Shown here: positions 23,761-34,212 of the stretch, one piece after another | Position numbering within the stretch: the stretch's first letter is position 1 | Layout of the letters: each line of letters begins with the position of its first letter | Origin: Candidatus Omnitrophota bacterium | GTDB lineage: Bacteria > Omnitrophota > Omnitrophia > Omnitrophales > Aquincolibacteriaceae | Direction of reading: 5' to 3' | Length of the DNA stretch: 64,000 nt | Assembly (NCBI GenBank): GCA_030698625.1 | Contig: JAUYMS010000048.1 | Span: 90,404 to 154,403 of the forward strand | Notes under the pieces: generated by a model | What the model saw: only the letters and a program-made list of their open reading frames with translations | What the model was told of the DNA's origin: nothing | Databases searched by the model: none | Program-made: the position numbers and the translations under genes

Positions 23761-24405
23761 ATGGCAGAACAGTCCACAAACGAAAAGGGTAAAGCAGCTG
23801 CTCCAAGTGATCCAGGGCAGCCCGTAAGCCGACCGGTTGCAGGCGGTGGCGCGACGGCAACTTCGAGGGCAAAGGTGAAAACCGGGTTACCGACGACAAT
23901 GGCGTCGCGTGGACCACGGGTGCCTAGAGATCAACCCGACCTAGGCTTTGAAAAAATTGTGCAGATCAATCGCTGTGCCAAGGTCGTAAAGGGCGGACGT
24001 CGTTTCCATTTTAGCGCGCTCGTTGTTATTGGTGACGGCGCAGGTGAAATCGGATACGCCTTGGGTAAAGCCAATGAAGTCGCTGATGCTATACGTAAAG
24101 GGGTGACCGCAGCTCACAAGAACAAGTTTAAAATTAAAATGAGAGGCACGTCGATACCACATGAAATTCTGGGACGCTATGGGGCGGCCAGGGTCCTTCT
24201 GAAGCCTGCAGCGCCGGGTACGGGAGTTATTGCCGGCGGCGCCGTCAGGGCCGTTTGCGAGTCGTGTGGAATCAAAGATATCCTGACCAAGAGTCTGGGT
24301 AGTGATAATGCGCTAAATGTATTGAAGGCGACTATCAGTGGTTTGCGGATGCTGGTCGATTCAAGAGTTCGTCTTGATGAAGATACAGCGGAGAAGACAT
24401 CGTGA
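23761..24405 (+). CDS. rpsE: 30S ribosomal protein uS5 with N-terminal extension
   Basis: [26 protein letters not shown]. Confidence 0.98.
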   Translation: MAEQSTNEKGKAAAPSDPGQPVSRPVAGGGATATSRAKVKTGLPTTMASRGPRVPRDQPDLGFEKIVQINRCAKVVKGGRRFHFSALVVIGDGAGEIGYALGKANEVADAIRKGVTAAHKNKFKIKMRGTSIPHEILGRYGAARVLLKPAAPGTGVIAGGAVRAVCESCGIKDILTKSLGSDNALNVLKATISGLRMLVDSRVRLDEDTAEKTS

Positions 24406-24860
24406 GGCCGAAGGTTCCCTACGAAAAAAAGAAAAAGAGGCTCGGGCGCGGTACGGGCTCGGGCACGGGTAAGACAGGAGGTCGAGGGCAGAAAGGGCAA
24501 GGGTCCCGCTCTGGGGTTGCTTTGACTGCTGGCTTTGAGGGAGGACAGAATCCCATTTATCGTCGTCTGCCAAAGCGGGGTTTCAGCCGTGCTCGCTTTC
24601 GTGAGGAGTTCGCAGTCGTTAATCTAGAAACACTGCGCAAGCTTGAGGGAATCGAAATTACGCCGGAAGTTTTGTTGGAACGCGGCGTTATTCACAAGTT
24701 GGAGGCTGGATTGAAAATATTGGGTCAGGGTGAGCCGCTTAAAAGCATGACGGTTAAAGCTCATCGTTTCAGCAAGTCGGCCGTGGATAAGATAACGAAA
24801 GCAGGCGGTCAGGCAATCGTAATCGCCGCCAAAAAGGAACAGGCTCCTAAAAAGAAATAG
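24402..24860 (+). CDS. rplO: 50S ribosomal protein uL15
   Basis: [35 protein letters not shown]; GTG overlaps rpsE stop. Confidence 0.98.
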   Translation: MRPKVPYEKKKKRLGRGTGSGTGKTGGRGQKGQGSRSGVALTAGFEGGQNPIYRRLPKRGFSRARFREEFAVVNLETLRKLEGIEITPEVLLERGVIHKLEAGLKILGQGEPLKSMTVKAHRFSKSAVDKITKAGGQAIVIAAKKEQAPKKK

Positions 24861-24862
24861 TT

Positions 24863-26218
24863 ATGTTTCAAGCCTACGCAAATATATTTAAAGTACCGGA
24901 ACTGAGAAGCAAGGTCCTGTTTACGCTTCTGATTATCGCGGTCTATCGCGTGGGTGCCTATATTCCGACCCCCGGCATTGATGGAACTGCATTGTCGCGG
25001 TTTTTTGCCAGTGTCTCAAGAACGGCCGGCGGACAATTGTTTGGCATCATGGGGATGTTTTCGGGAGGCGCGCTGCAGAAGGCAACTATATTTGCTTTGG
25101 GTATCATGCCTTACATTTCGGCATCCATTATCCTGCAGCTTCTGACGGTAGTGATTCCGCATCTGGAACGCCTTGCCAAGGAAGGCGAAGAGGGCCGCAA
25201 AAAGATCATTCAGTACACGCGTTACGGTACGATTGTCCTGAGCATTATTCAGACCTTCTTCATTTCGCTATGGCTTGAAAACCCGAATTCCTTTCAGGGG
25301 AATGTGATCGTGCCGAACCCGGGTTGGGCATTTCGCCTTATGACGATGCTTACGCTAACTACAGGAACTGCGTTTATCATGTGGCTTGGCGAGCAAATTG
25401 ATCAATACGGGATCGGAAACGGAATGTCTATTCTCATTACGGCAGGAATTATTGAGTCCATCCCGACAGCGCTGTTTCAGACCTGGCAGTTGCTCTCGCC
25501 CTTTGATCCGGCGCGGCAACAATTAGCCTGGTGGAAATTCGCCCTCATGCTTGTCATGTTCGTGGGTACGGTGGTGGGTGTCATTATGATTATCCAGGGG
25601 CAGCGAAAAATTCCGGTCCAATACGTGAAGCAGGTTCGAGGGCACCGTATGTACGGCGGCCAAAGTACTTATCTTCCGTTGAAGGTCAATCAGGCGGGTG
25701 TTATTCCGATCATCTTTGCCCAATCGGTCATACTCTTTCCGGCAACTATGGCCGGCTTTTTTCCGCGAGCTGGGGCGCTGACGACGATAGCACAAGGGCT
25801 AGCTCATGGGACAATTCTCTATTCGATGATATACGCGTTTCTTATACTGTTTTTTACGTTTTTTTACACTGCGATTACATTTAATCCGATTGAGGTTAGT
25901 GAAAATTTGCAGAAATTCGGCGGGTTTGTTCCGGGTATTCGGCCAGGAAAAAACACCTCAGAGTATCTTGACTATATTATGACGCGTATAGCAGCGAGCG
26001 GAGCCTTTTTCCTGGCTATAATTGCGCTTTTCCCGGATTTTGTCTCATCGCCAAGAATCTTGAATATTCCGTTTCTGATTGCGAGTTTCTTCGGAGGTAC
26101 GGGGCTTCTGATTATCGTGGGTGTTGTCCTTGACACCATGAAGCAGATTGAGTCGCAATTGTTGATGCGTCACTATGAAGGCTTTATCAAAAAGGGTAAG
26201 TTGAAAGCGCGGAGGTAG
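24863..26218 (+). CDS. secY: Preprotein translocase SecY
   Basis: ALGIMPYISASII, WLGEQI, GIGNG, AGVIPIIFA, PGIRPG. Confidence 0.99.
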   Translation: MFQAYANIFKVPELRSKVLFTLLIIAVYRVGAYIPTPGIDGTALSRFFASVSRTAGGQLFGIMGMFSGGALQKATIFALGIMPYISASIILQLLTVVIPHLERLAKEGEEGRKKIIQYTRYGTIVLSIIQTFFISLWLENPNSFQGNVIVPNPGWAFRLMTMLTLTTGTAFIMWLGEQIDQYGIGNGMSILITAGIIESIPTALFQTWQLLSPFDPARQQLAWWKFALMLVMFVGTVVGVIMIIQGQRKIPVQYVKQVRGHRMYGGQSTYLPLKVNQAGVIPIIFAQSVILFPATMAGFFPRAGALTTIAQGLAHGTILYSMIYAFLILFFTFFYTAITFNPIEVSENLQKFGGFVPGIRPGKNTSEYLDYIMTRIAASGAFFLAIIALFPDFVSSPRILNIPFLIASFFGGTGLLIIVGVVLDTMKQIESQLLMRHYEGFIKKGKLKARR

Positions 26219-26222
26219 CATC

Positions 26223-26885
26223 TTGAAACTGATTTTCTTGGGACCTCCGGGGGCCGGTAAAGGAACGCATGCTAGCTTGATTGCCAAGGCCTATGAATTG
26301 GCACATTTATCTGCAGGTGATTGTTTCCGGCGGAATATCAAGGAGCGCACTCCTCTTGGCGCAAAGGCACAAAGTATCATTGAGAAGGGTGAGTTGGTTC
26401 CGGACGACGTGGTCAATGACATGATGGCGGCTGAAATTGATCGAGCGCTTCAGACTCATAAGGGATTTATTCTAGATGGCTATCCACGCACGCTTAATCA
26501 GGCTGAAGCGCTTGATGCGCTCGCGAGCCAGAGGGGTATTGAAATTGATTTGGCCATCAATTTTGAGACCGACGAACGGATCATCGTGGACCGGTTGTCA
26601 GGACGAAGAATTGCGCCCTCCACGGGAAAGATTTATCACGTTCGAAACATGCCGCCAAAGGTAGAGGGTGTGTGCGATGAGACAGGTGAAAAGCTAGTTC
26701 AGCGTAAGGACGATCAGCCGGGAACGATCAAGAATCGTCTTGAGGTTTATCATCGGGAAACCGCCCCTCTGATTGATTACTATCGGGACAAGGGGATTTT
26801 GCGGGACGTAGACGGAAATCCGGGAGTGGGTGTGATTGAAAGAAATATCAACCCGATTTTAGAGAGCTTAAAAGAGAAGACGTGA
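26223..26885 (+). CDS. adk: Adenylate kinase
   Basis: GPPGAGKGT, ILDGYPR, RKDD; TTG start. Confidence 0.97.
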   Translation: MKLIFLGPPGAGKGTHASLIAKAYELAHLSAGDCFRRNIKERTPLGAKAQSIIEKGELVPDDVVNDMMAAEIDRALQTHKGFILDGYPRTLNQAEALDALASQRGIEIDLAINFETDERIIVDRLSGRRIAPSTGKIYHVRNMPPKVEGVCDETGEKLVQRKDDQPGTIKNRLEVYHRETAPLIDYYRDKGILRDVDGNPGVGVIERNINPILESLKEKT

Positions 26886-27634
26886 TAACGCTCAAATCGA
26901 AGCGTGAAATTGAGTTGATGACGCGGGCGGGCGCAGTATTAAAGCAGGTCTTTGAAAATGTGAAACCGGCGGTGACGGTTGGGGTAACGACCCGTGACCT
27001 CGATAAAATTGCCGAAGAAACAATTCTGAATGCCGGAGCCGAGATCGCATTCAAGGGATATCGAGGTTTTCCCGCAACGTGTTGCATCTCCGTAAATGAG
27101 GAGGTTGTGCACGGGATTCCCAGCGACAGAAAGCTGTGCGAAGGGGATTTGGTTAGTGTTGATGTCGGGGCAAGCGTAGAGGGCTACTTTTCAGATGCGG
27201 CGCGTACCTGGCCGGTTGGAAAGATTGATAAGCAAAGGAAGCACCTCATGGACACGGCGAGAGATTCACTGAAGGCGGGTCTTTCAGCCTATAAGCCGGG
27301 TTGCAGGATCGGCGACTTGTCGGCTGCCATTGAGCAGCTTATTAAATCCCGCGGTTTTGAGGTTGTTCGCGAGTATGTTGGGCACGGGATCGGAAAAAAG
27401 ATTCACGAGGATCCCCAAGTTCCCAATTACGGGAAAAGCGGATATGGCCCCCGGATAGAACCGGGTCTGGTGCTTGCAATTGAGCCCATGGTCACTGAGG
27501 GACACTATGCCGTTGAAACGCTTAAGGACGGGTGGACGGTTGTGACAAAGGATCGCAAATGGGCAAGTCATCATGAGGAAACGATTGTTTTTACTGAGAA
27601 GGGTTTCATCTGTTTGACCGGAGAGATATCATAG
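26882..27634 (+). CDS. map: Methionine aminopeptidase type I
   Basis: [25 protein letters not shown]. Confidence 0.98.
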   Translation: MITLKSKREIELMTRAGAVLKQVFENVKPAVTVGVTTRDLDKIAEETILNAGAEIAFKGYRGFPATCCISVNEEVVHGIPSDRKLCEGDLVSVDVGASVEGYFSDAARTWPVGKIDKQRKHLMDTARDSLKAGLSAYKPGCRIGDLSAAIEQLIKSRGFEVVREYVGHGIGKKIHEDPQVPNYGKSGYGPRIEPGLVLAIEPMVTEGHYAVETLKDGWTVVTKDRKWASHHEETIVFTEKGFICLTGEIS

Positions 27635-27653
27635 AGGACTGATCAGCGAAATT

Positions 27654-27872
27654 ATGCCAAAAGAAGATGCAATTGAAGTGGAAGGAACCGTGGTTGAGCC
27701 CTTGCCGAATGCCACGTTCCGAGTAGAACTGGAAAACGGGCACAAGGTGCTTGCTCATATTTCGGGGAAGATGAGAATGCATTACATACGCATTCTTCCG
27801 GGAGACAAAGTCAAGGTTGAGCTCTCGCAGTATGATCTAACTCGTGGGCGCATTACATTTAGAATAAAGTAG
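27654..27872 (+). CDS. infA: Translation initiation factor IF-1
   Basis: [17 protein letters not shown]. Confidence 0.99.
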   Translation: MPKEDAIEVEGTVVEPLPNATFRVELENGHKVLAHISGKMRMHYIRILPGDKVKVELSQYDLTRGRITFRIK

Positions 27873-27882
27873 GAGAGTGATC

Positions 27883-27996
27883 ATGAAGGTCAATAGTTCT
27901 GTAAAGAGAATCTGTGAACATTGTAAGATTGTCAGACGCAAACGCGTCGTCTATGTCATTTGCTCTAACCCGAAGCATAAACAACGCCAGGGTTAA
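27883..27996 (+). CDS. rpmJ: 50S ribosomal protein bL36 (below ORF-track cutoff)
   Basis: Own translation [42 protein letters not shown] upstream. Confidence 0.98.
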   Translation: MKVNSSVKRICEHCKIVRRKRVVYVICSNPKHKQRQG

Positions 27997-28013
27997 GAGG
28001 TTAAGGAGAGGCT

Positions 28014-28397
28014 ATGCCGCGCATCATAGGTATTGATATACCAAGAGATAAAAAAATTTACATCGCATTGACCTACATTTATGGAATCGGTCAGAAGACT
28101 TCCGAGCGCATATTAGACGAAGTCGGAGTTGACCCCCATAAGCGAGCGAAGGATCTGACGGAAAAGGATATCTCGGATTTGACAGGTGTGATTCAGAAGA
28201 GCCTGCAGGTGGAGGGAGATCTGCGTCGCGAGGTGCAGCAGAACATCAAGCGCAAGATGGATGTGCGATGCTACCAGGGGCTGCGTCATATGCGTGGTCT
28301 TCCGGTTCGAGGTCAGCGGACGCATACCAATAGTAGGACCCGCAAAGGTCCTAAGAAAACCATCGGCGGATTAAACAAACAGCCGACGGCTAAATAG
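28014..28397 (+). CDS. rpsM: 30S ribosomal protein uS13
   Basis: [17 protein letters not shown]. Confidence 0.98.
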   Translation: MPRIIGIDIPRDKKIYIALTYIYGIGQKTSERILDEVGVDPHKRAKDLTEKDISDLTGVIQKSLQVEGDLRREVQQNIKRKMDVRCYQGLRHMRGLPVRGQRTHTNSRTRKGPKKTIGGLNKQPTAK

Positions 28398-28412
28398 AGC
28401 GGAGATCAACTA

Positions 28413-28784
28413 ATGGCTAAGAAAAAGAAAGTTCAACAGATTCCCCGTGGTGTCGCCCATATTGTGGCGACTTTTAATAATACGATGATCACAATTACTG
28501 ATCCGCGGGGGAATACCCTATGCTGGTCTACGGCAGGGGCTGCGGGGTTCAAGGGGTCTAAGAAGTCAACACCCTTTGCGGCTCAGATAGCTGCAGATCA
28601 GGCGGCTAAAAAAGCTCTGGAATTCGGGATGAAAGAAATTGAGGTCTACATAAAAGGTCCGGGATCCGGCAGGGAATCCGCCATTCGCGCATTGCAGGCA
28701 GCGGGAATTCAGGTCAGGGCAATTTTTGATATTACGCCCATTCCACACAACGGATGTCGTCCGCCCAAAAGGAGGAGAGTTTAA
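28413..28784 (+). CDS. rpsK: 30S ribosomal protein uS11
   Basis: [24 protein letters not shown]. Confidence 0.99.
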   Translation: MAKKKKVQQIPRGVAHIVATFNNTMITITDPRGNTLCWSTAGAAGFKGSKKSTPFAAQIAADQAAKKALEFGMKEIEVYIKGPGSGRESAIRALQAAGIQVRAIFDITPIPHNGCRPPKRRRV

Positions 28785-28785
28785 T

Positions 28786-29412
28786 ATGGCTAGATATACA
28801 GGCCCCGCTGTTCGACTTTCTCGCCGCGAGGGCGTCAATTTATTCATCAAGGGAAGCCGCAGAAGTGATGACAAGGTGGCAAAAAGGCTGGAACAGCCGC
28901 CTGGTCAGCACGGTAAAATGCGTCGTCGCAAGATATCAGGTTATGGGCTGCAGTTGCGCGAAAAACAAAAACTAAAGAGAATCTACGGTATGCTTGAGCG
29001 TCAGTTCCGGGTTTTTTTTCAGCGGGCCTCAAAGAAGCAGGGCGTGACCGGTGAAAATCTTATCCAGCTTTTGGAGAGCAGATTGGATAATGTCGTATAC
29101 CGTTTGCTTTTTACACAAACTCGTCGTGAAGCGCGTCAAATGGTTGGTCACGGCTTGGTTCTGGTAAACGGGCGTGTTGTGAATATCCCATCTTATATTG
29201 TAAAGCCCGGAGATCAGATTGAACCGAAGAAAAAGGAAGCGAATCTTAACCGGATCAAGGCAAGTCTGGAACTTATGGATGATCTCCCGGTTTCAGAGTG
29301 GCTGACCCTGGACCGAAAAACTTTGGTGGCAAGCGTTGTTCGCCCGCCAACAAAGCAGGACGCAGCCCTTCCGGTTGAAGAATCATTAGTTGTCGAACTC
29401 TTTTCAAAATAA
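28786..29412 (+). CDS. rpsD: 30S ribosomal protein uS4
   Basis: MARYTGP, QLREKQK, LESRLDNVVYR; start at ATG 28786. Confidence 0.98.
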   Translation: MARYTGPAVRLSRREGVNLFIKGSRRSDDKVAKRLEQPPGQHGKMRRRKISGYGLQLREKQKLKRIYGMLERQFRVFFQRASKKQGVTGENLIQLLESRLDNVVYRLLFTQTRREARQMVGHGLVLVNGRVVNIPSYIVKPGDQIEPKKKEANLNRIKASLELMDDLPVSEWLTLDRKTLVASVVRPPTKQDAALPVEESLVVELFSK

Positions 29413-29454
29413 TTTTAGCCATTCATAAATGGCATGTGACCAAGGAGGAACATC

Positions 29455-30456
29455 ATGGGAATAAGATGGAAAACATTTGAGATGCCTAAGAGGCTTGAGG
29501 CCGACAAGGCGACGTTAACGCCGACGTACGGGAAGTTTTATGCTGAGCCTTTCGAGCGTGGCTACGGAACTACGATCGGAAACGCTCTTCGCCGCGTTCT
29601 GATTTCTTCTATAGATGGGGCAGCTGTAACAAACATTAAGATCGACACAATGTTGCATGAGTTTTCCACCATCGAAGGTGTGATGGAAGATGGAGCACAA
29701 GTTGTTCTTAATGTCAAAAAACTCGTCCTGCGGTATCACGGCAAGGGTCCGAAGATGATCACGATTGATGTCAAGAAACAGGGGCCTGTAACTGCCCGTG
29801 ATATTCAGGCAGATGAGACGGTCGAGATCATTAATCCGGACCTCGTTATCTGTAATTTGACGAAGGAAACAAAGTTCCGCATGGAGATGGAAGTAGGTCG
29901 CGGGCGTGGCTATGTGCCCGCAGAACGCAATAAGGCAGAAGGGGCGCCCATCGGCATGGTCCCCGTGGACTCCATCTTTTCGCCGATTATTCAGGTTAAT
30001 TTTACAGTTGAGGACACCCGTGTCGGGCAGGTCACGGACTACGATAAGCTAATCCTAGAGGTCTGGACGAACGGGGCGATGAGTCCTGAGGAAGCGCTTC
30101 TTTATGCCTCCAACATCGCACAACGGCATCTCGATATTTTCGTCAACTACGGCGAATTGCCCGTGGAGGACGAAGAAGAAGAGGAAGAGGAAGATCACGC
30201 ATTTCGTGAATTGACCGAGAAGCCGATTAGTGAACTTGAGTTGTCTGTACGGAGTGCCAATTGTCTGGAGGCGGCAAACATCAAGACTATAGGAGACCTT
30301 GTGCAGAAGACTGAGCAGCAGATGCTGAAGTACAAGAACTTCGGCAAGAAGTCTCTGTCTGAAATCACCGCAATTCTTACGGCGATGGGAATTACTCTCG
30401 GTATGAATACACAGGATCGCCTAAAACAGCCAAACTCCGAAGCCAAGACTTCGTAG
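29455..30456 (+). CDS. rpoA: RNA polymerase alpha subunit
   Basis: EPFERGYGTTIGNALRR, LSVRSANCL, NFGKKSL. Confidence 0.99.
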   Translation: MGIRWKTFEMPKRLEADKATLTPTYGKFYAEPFERGYGTTIGNALRRVLISSIDGAAVTNIKIDTMLHEFSTIEGVMEDGAQVVLNVKKLVLRYHGKGPKMITIDVKKQGPVTARDIQADETVEIINPDLVICNLTKETKFRMEMEVGRGRGYVPAERNKAEGAPIGMVPVDSIFSPIIQVNFTVEDTRVGQVTDYDKLILEVWTNGAMSPEEALLYASNIAQRHLDIFVNYGELPVEDEEEEEEEDHAFRELTEKPISELELSVRSANCLEAANIKTIGDLVQKTEQQMLKYKNFGKKSLSEITAILTAMGITLGMNTQDRLKQPNSEAKTS

Positions 30457-30476
30457 CGACTGGTTAAGACAAGACG

Positions 30477-31055
30477 ATGCGACACAGAAAACGAACACCA
30501 CAATTAGGAATGGCTTTTGAACAGCGCAAGGCTTTGTTGCGCAATATGGTGCAGAGCTTAGTGCGTCATAAGCGTATTCGCACAACCTTAATTCGCGCTA
30601 AGGTGGCCAGTGCCTTTGCGGATAGAATGGTGGAGCTTGCAAAGAAGGGAACTCTGCATGCTCGCCGCCTAATGATCTCAAGACTTGGGTCTCCGGATGC
30701 GGCACGGAGTCTTATTAATGACATCGCGCCCCATTTTAAAGACCGACAGGGCGGCTATACACGCGTCATAAAAATTGACAATCGCATCGGCGACAATGCG
30801 CGAATGGCATTGCTTGAGTTTACGGCCGTTATTGATGTGCCCCGCAAAAAGAGCAAGCCGAAGAAATCAAAGAAGAAAATGGAAAGCGCTGCTGAAGTTT
30901 CCGATTCTCCGGAGCCCCGCGAAAAAACCCCTAAGGTAGATGCCAAGAAAAAACAACAGCCTACAGAAGAAAAAGAGTCTGAGGATAAAAAAGAGACTCA
31001 GAAAAGAGGCGGATTCTTGGGGTCCTTGCGAAAATTCCTGAAAGGCGATGAATAG
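30477..31055 (+). CDS. rplQ: 50S ribosomal protein bL17 with ~75-aa C-terminal extension
   Basis: MRHRK, GGYTRVIK, RIGDNA; last gene of alpha cluster. Confidence 0.97.
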   Translation: MRHRKRTPQLGMAFEQRKALLRNMVQSLVRHKRIRTTLIRAKVASAFADRMVELAKKGTLHARRLMISRLGSPDAARSLINDIAPHFKDRQGGYTRVIKIDNRIGDNARMALLEFTAVIDVPRKKSKPKKSKKKMESAAEVSDSPEPREKTPKVDAKKKQQPTEEKESEDKKETQKRGGFLGSLRKFLKGDE

Positions 31056-31064
31056 CAAATAGGC

Positions 31065-32261
31065 ATGACGGCAACAGGGGACATGAAAAAAATCGCTCTC
31101 TCTAGCAGTGTGGCGGCACTCGAGCCTTCGGTAACGCTTGCGATAACCGCAAAAGCCAAAGAACTGAAAGCTCAGGGAATTGAGGTTGTTTCCCTGGGTG
31201 CTGGGGAGCCGGATTTCGATACGCCGGAGCCTATAAAAGCTGCGGCCCGCGCGGCATTGGACAAGGGAGATACGAAGTACACACCGGCGGTCGGGACAAT
31301 CGAATTACGGCAGGCTATTTCTGCAAAATTCAAACGGGATCAGGGCCTTAGCATACCTGCCGAGCAGATCATTGTCTCGTCAGGGGCGAAGCATTCTATA
31401 TTTAATGCGCTCTTTGCCCTGCTTAACCCGGGGGATGACGTCCTCATACCCGCGCCCTATTGGCTGAGCTATCCTGAAATGGTGACCTTGCTGCGCGCTA
31501 ACAGTGTTGTTATTCCCACTGATGAATCGACGCAGTTTAAGCTGACCGCCGATCTGCTGAGAAAGTCCATTACCCCCAAGTCGAAGGTTCTCCTGCTTAA
31601 TTCACCGTCAAATCCGACCGGCGCCGTTTACACGCGTGAAGAGCTTGAGGCGTTGGTTGCGGTGCTGAAGGAGAACCCGCAGATTGCCATAATTAGTGAC
31701 GAGATTTACGAAAAATTAATCTTTGACGGCAGAAAGCACTATTCGATTGCCAGTTTGGATCCCGAGATTGCTTCGAGGACAGTGGTGGTCAACGGACACA
31801 GTAAGGCTTACGCCATGACAGGATGGCGTTTGGGTTACGCCGGTTACCCGAACAAGGAATGGGCCAAAGCAGTCTCAAGTCTTCAAAGTCACTCTACGTC
31901 GAATCCCACTTCGTTTGCACAGGCGGGTGGCGTTGTTGCCATTGAGCAAGGAGATGAAGAGGCTCACAGGATGTGCCAGATATTTCAGAAGAGAAGAGAC
32001 CTTTTTGTGGAGCGCATTTTAGCTATTCCCAAATTGACGCCCTTTATCCCACAGGGTGCGTTTTACTGCTTCGTCAATATCAGTCAGACGGGATTGCGTT
32101 CCGTCGCGCTTGCTAAGGCCTTGCTTGAGGAGGTTCACGTAGCGGTTGTTCCCGGCCAGCCTTTCGGAAGCGATCATCATGTCAGGATGAGTTTTGCGAC
32201 ATCGGAAAAGGACCTCGAAGAGGCCGCGCGCCGGATCTCAGACTGGCTTAAAAAGCGTTAA
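31065..32261 (+). CDS. PLP-dependent aminotransferase class I (aspartate aminotransferase-like)
   Basis: [35 protein letters not shown]. Confidence 0.93.
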   Translation: MTATGDMKKIALSSSVAALEPSVTLAITAKAKELKAQGIEVVSLGAGEPDFDTPEPIKAAARAALDKGDTKYTPAVGTIELRQAISAKFKRDQGLSIPAEQIIVSSGAKHSIFNALFALLNPGDDVLIPAPYWLSYPEMVTLLRANSVVIPTDESTQFKLTADLLRKSITPKSKVLLLNSPSNPTGAVYTREELEALVAVLKENPQIAIISDEIYEKLIFDGRKHYSIASLDPEIASRTVVVNGHSKAYAMTGWRLGYAGYPNKEWAKAVSSLQSHSTSNPTSFAQAGGVVAIEQGDEEAHRMCQIFQKRRDLFVERILAIPKLTPFIPQGAFYCFVNISQTGLRSVALAKALLEEVHVAVVPGQPFGSDHHVRMSFATSEKDLEEAARRISDWLKKR

Positions 32262-32284
32262 TTTTTCTCCCGTTTTTCCCCTCC

Positions 32285-34177
32285 ATGGACCACAAGAAGT
32301 TAAATGTCGGAGATAGTTTCCCGCCCGAAGACCTTGCGGTCCTCCTCACCAGAATGCGATATCAGAAATGCCAACTTGTAGCTCAGCCGGGGCAGTTTGC
32401 TTTGCGCGGTGGCATCGTTGACGTTTTTCCGCTGACTTACCGGTCGCCGATGCGATTGGAATTCGAAGTAGATCAAATTGCTTCCATTCGGGATTTCTCA
32501 CCGCAGGATGGCAAGTCTATGGCTTGCTACGATGAACTTTTCATACTGCCCGTCACTGATACTATTGAGAGAAAGATTAGGGCGGCTAGGACCCGATTTG
32601 AAGATTTCGAGGCCTTAGCCGAGCATAAGGACTTGGTCCCCGGAGACATTGTCGTGCACCTTCAGTATGGCATTGGTCGCTATCTCGGAACGAAGAAGAT
32701 ACAGCTTAAGGGCAAGAAAAAGCGACATATTGCGATCGAATATGCCAAAGGTGAGATCCTCTACCTTGATGCATCCGAGCCCCTAGAACGATATATCGGC
32801 GGCGAGGGTGTGCCTCCGAAACTGACGAAGTTACATACCAAGGAGTGGGAGCGAGCTAAACGCAAGACACGTCTTGCCGTTCATAGTGTAGCGCGGGATC
32901 TTCTGGGCTTGCAGGCCAAAAGAAACCTACTCCAAGGCTATTCGTTTTCGAAGGACCAGCCGTGGCAGCAAGAATTTGAGGCTGAGTTTCCGTTCGAAGA
33001 AACGCCGGACCAGCTTAAGGCCACACGCGAGGTGAAGAAGGATATGGAGTCTGATCGCCCCATGGATCGATTACTGTGCGGCGATGTCGGATACGGTAAA
33101 ACCGAGGTGGCATTGCGCGCTGCTTTTAAGGCCGTTATGAGCGGAAAGCAGGCCGCCATATTGGTACCCACGACCATTCTCGCAGAACAGCATTACTTGG
33201 TTTTTCAAAAGCGTGTAAAAAATTTTCCAATTTCTGTCGAAGTCCTGTCTCGTTTCCAGCCGAGAGGGACGCAGACGGCTGTCGTGGCTTCCATCAAATC
33301 GGGTAAGACCGACATTGTTATTGGGACACATCGGTTACTGTCAAAGGATGTAAAGTTCAAAGACCTGGGGTTTGTGGTCATAGACGAAGAGCAGCGTTTC
33401 GGGGTTCGTCATAAGGAAAAGCTTAAAATGCTGCGGGCTTCGGTGGACATATTAACGCTTACAGCCACGCCCATCCCAAGAACGCTTTACATGTCAGTCG
33501 TCGGCGTGCGAGATATGTCTGTCATTAATACACCTCCGAAGAGTCGGTTACCGATTGAGACACATGTTATGGAATATGACGACGGGCGAATCCTGGATAT
33601 TTTTCAGCGTGAACTGGGGAGAGGCGGCCAAATTTACTTTATTCATAATCGCGTCAAGTCGATCGATAAGATTGGTGCAAGGCTTAAAGAGCTAATGCCG
33701 CATGTGCGCTTTGGTATTGCGCACGGTCAAATGCCAGCGGCAACCCTAGAAGTCGTTATGAAGGATTTTTTGGAGCGGCGTATCGATTGTCTTATTGCTA
33801 CAAGTATTATCGAATCTGGGATTGATATTCCGAACGTTAACACAATCGTCGTCAACCGTGCCGATTCCTTTGGCTTGTCGGATTTATATCAGCTCCGAGG
33901 CCGTGTAGGCCGCTATCAGGAGAAGAGACAGGCCTACGCCTACTTTCTAACACCGAAGAATTGGGTTCTTTCACTGGACGCGGAAAAACGTCTGGCAGCC
34001 ATCGAACGTTTTACTGACTTGGGTTCAGGTTTTAAGATTGCCTTAGAGGATCTTGAGATCCGCGGGGCGGGTAACCTGCTCGGTCACCAGCAGAGCGGCT
34101 TTATCCATGCTGTAGGATTTGACTTGTATTGCCGCATGTTACGACTGGCTGTTAACGAGGAAAAAACGACTCGTTGA
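32285..34177 (+). CDS. mfd: Transcription-repair coupling factor, minimal 630-aa form
   Basis: RGGIVDVFP (D2), [13 protein letters not shown] (RID), [45 protein letters not shown] (TRG). Confidence 0.93.
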   Translation: MDHKKLNVGDSFPPEDLAVLLTRMRYQKCQLVAQPGQFALRGGIVDVFPLTYRSPMRLEFEVDQIASIRDFSPQDGKSMACYDELFILPVTDTIERKIRAARTRFEDFEALAEHKDLVPGDIVVHLQYGIGRYLGTKKIQLKGKKKRHIAIEYAKGEILYLDASEPLERYIGGEGVPPKLTKLHTKEWERAKRKTRLAVHSVARDLLGLQAKRNLLQGYSFSKDQPWQQEFEAEFPFEETPDQLKATREVKKDMESDRPMDRLLCGDVGYGKTEVALRAAFKAVMSGKQAAILVPTTILAEQHYLVFQKRVKNFPISVEVLSRFQPRGTQTAVVASIKSGKTDIVIGTHRLLSKDVKFKDLGFVVIDEEQRFGVRHKEKLKMLRASVDILTLTATPIPRTLYMSVVGVRDMSVINTPPKSRLPIETHVMEYDDGRILDIFQRELGRGGQIYFIHNRVKSIDKIGARLKELMPHVRFGIAHGQMPAATLEVVMKDFLERRIDCLIATSIIESGIDIPNVNTIVVNRADSFGLSDLYQLRGRVGRYQEKRQAYAYFLTPKNWVLSLDAEKRLAAIERFTDLGSGFKIALEDLEIRGAGNLLGHQQSGFIHAVGFDLYCRMLRLAVNEEKTTR

Positions 34178-34202
34178 AAAGAATCACAAGTTGTGATATA
34201 AG
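34174..34202 (+). promoter_or_regulatory. Putative sigma70 promoter for surA with palindrome in the spacer
   Basis: TTGAAA-N17-TATAAG with TG extension; ATCACAA-G-TTGTGAT at 34183-34197. Confidence 0.5.
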
Positions 34203-34212
34203 AATCACTTAC

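Noticed and set aside
29418-29433. GCCATT-CATA-AATGGC hairpin between rpsD and rpoA as terminator
   Set aside because: Short stem, no U-tract on + strand, mid-operon
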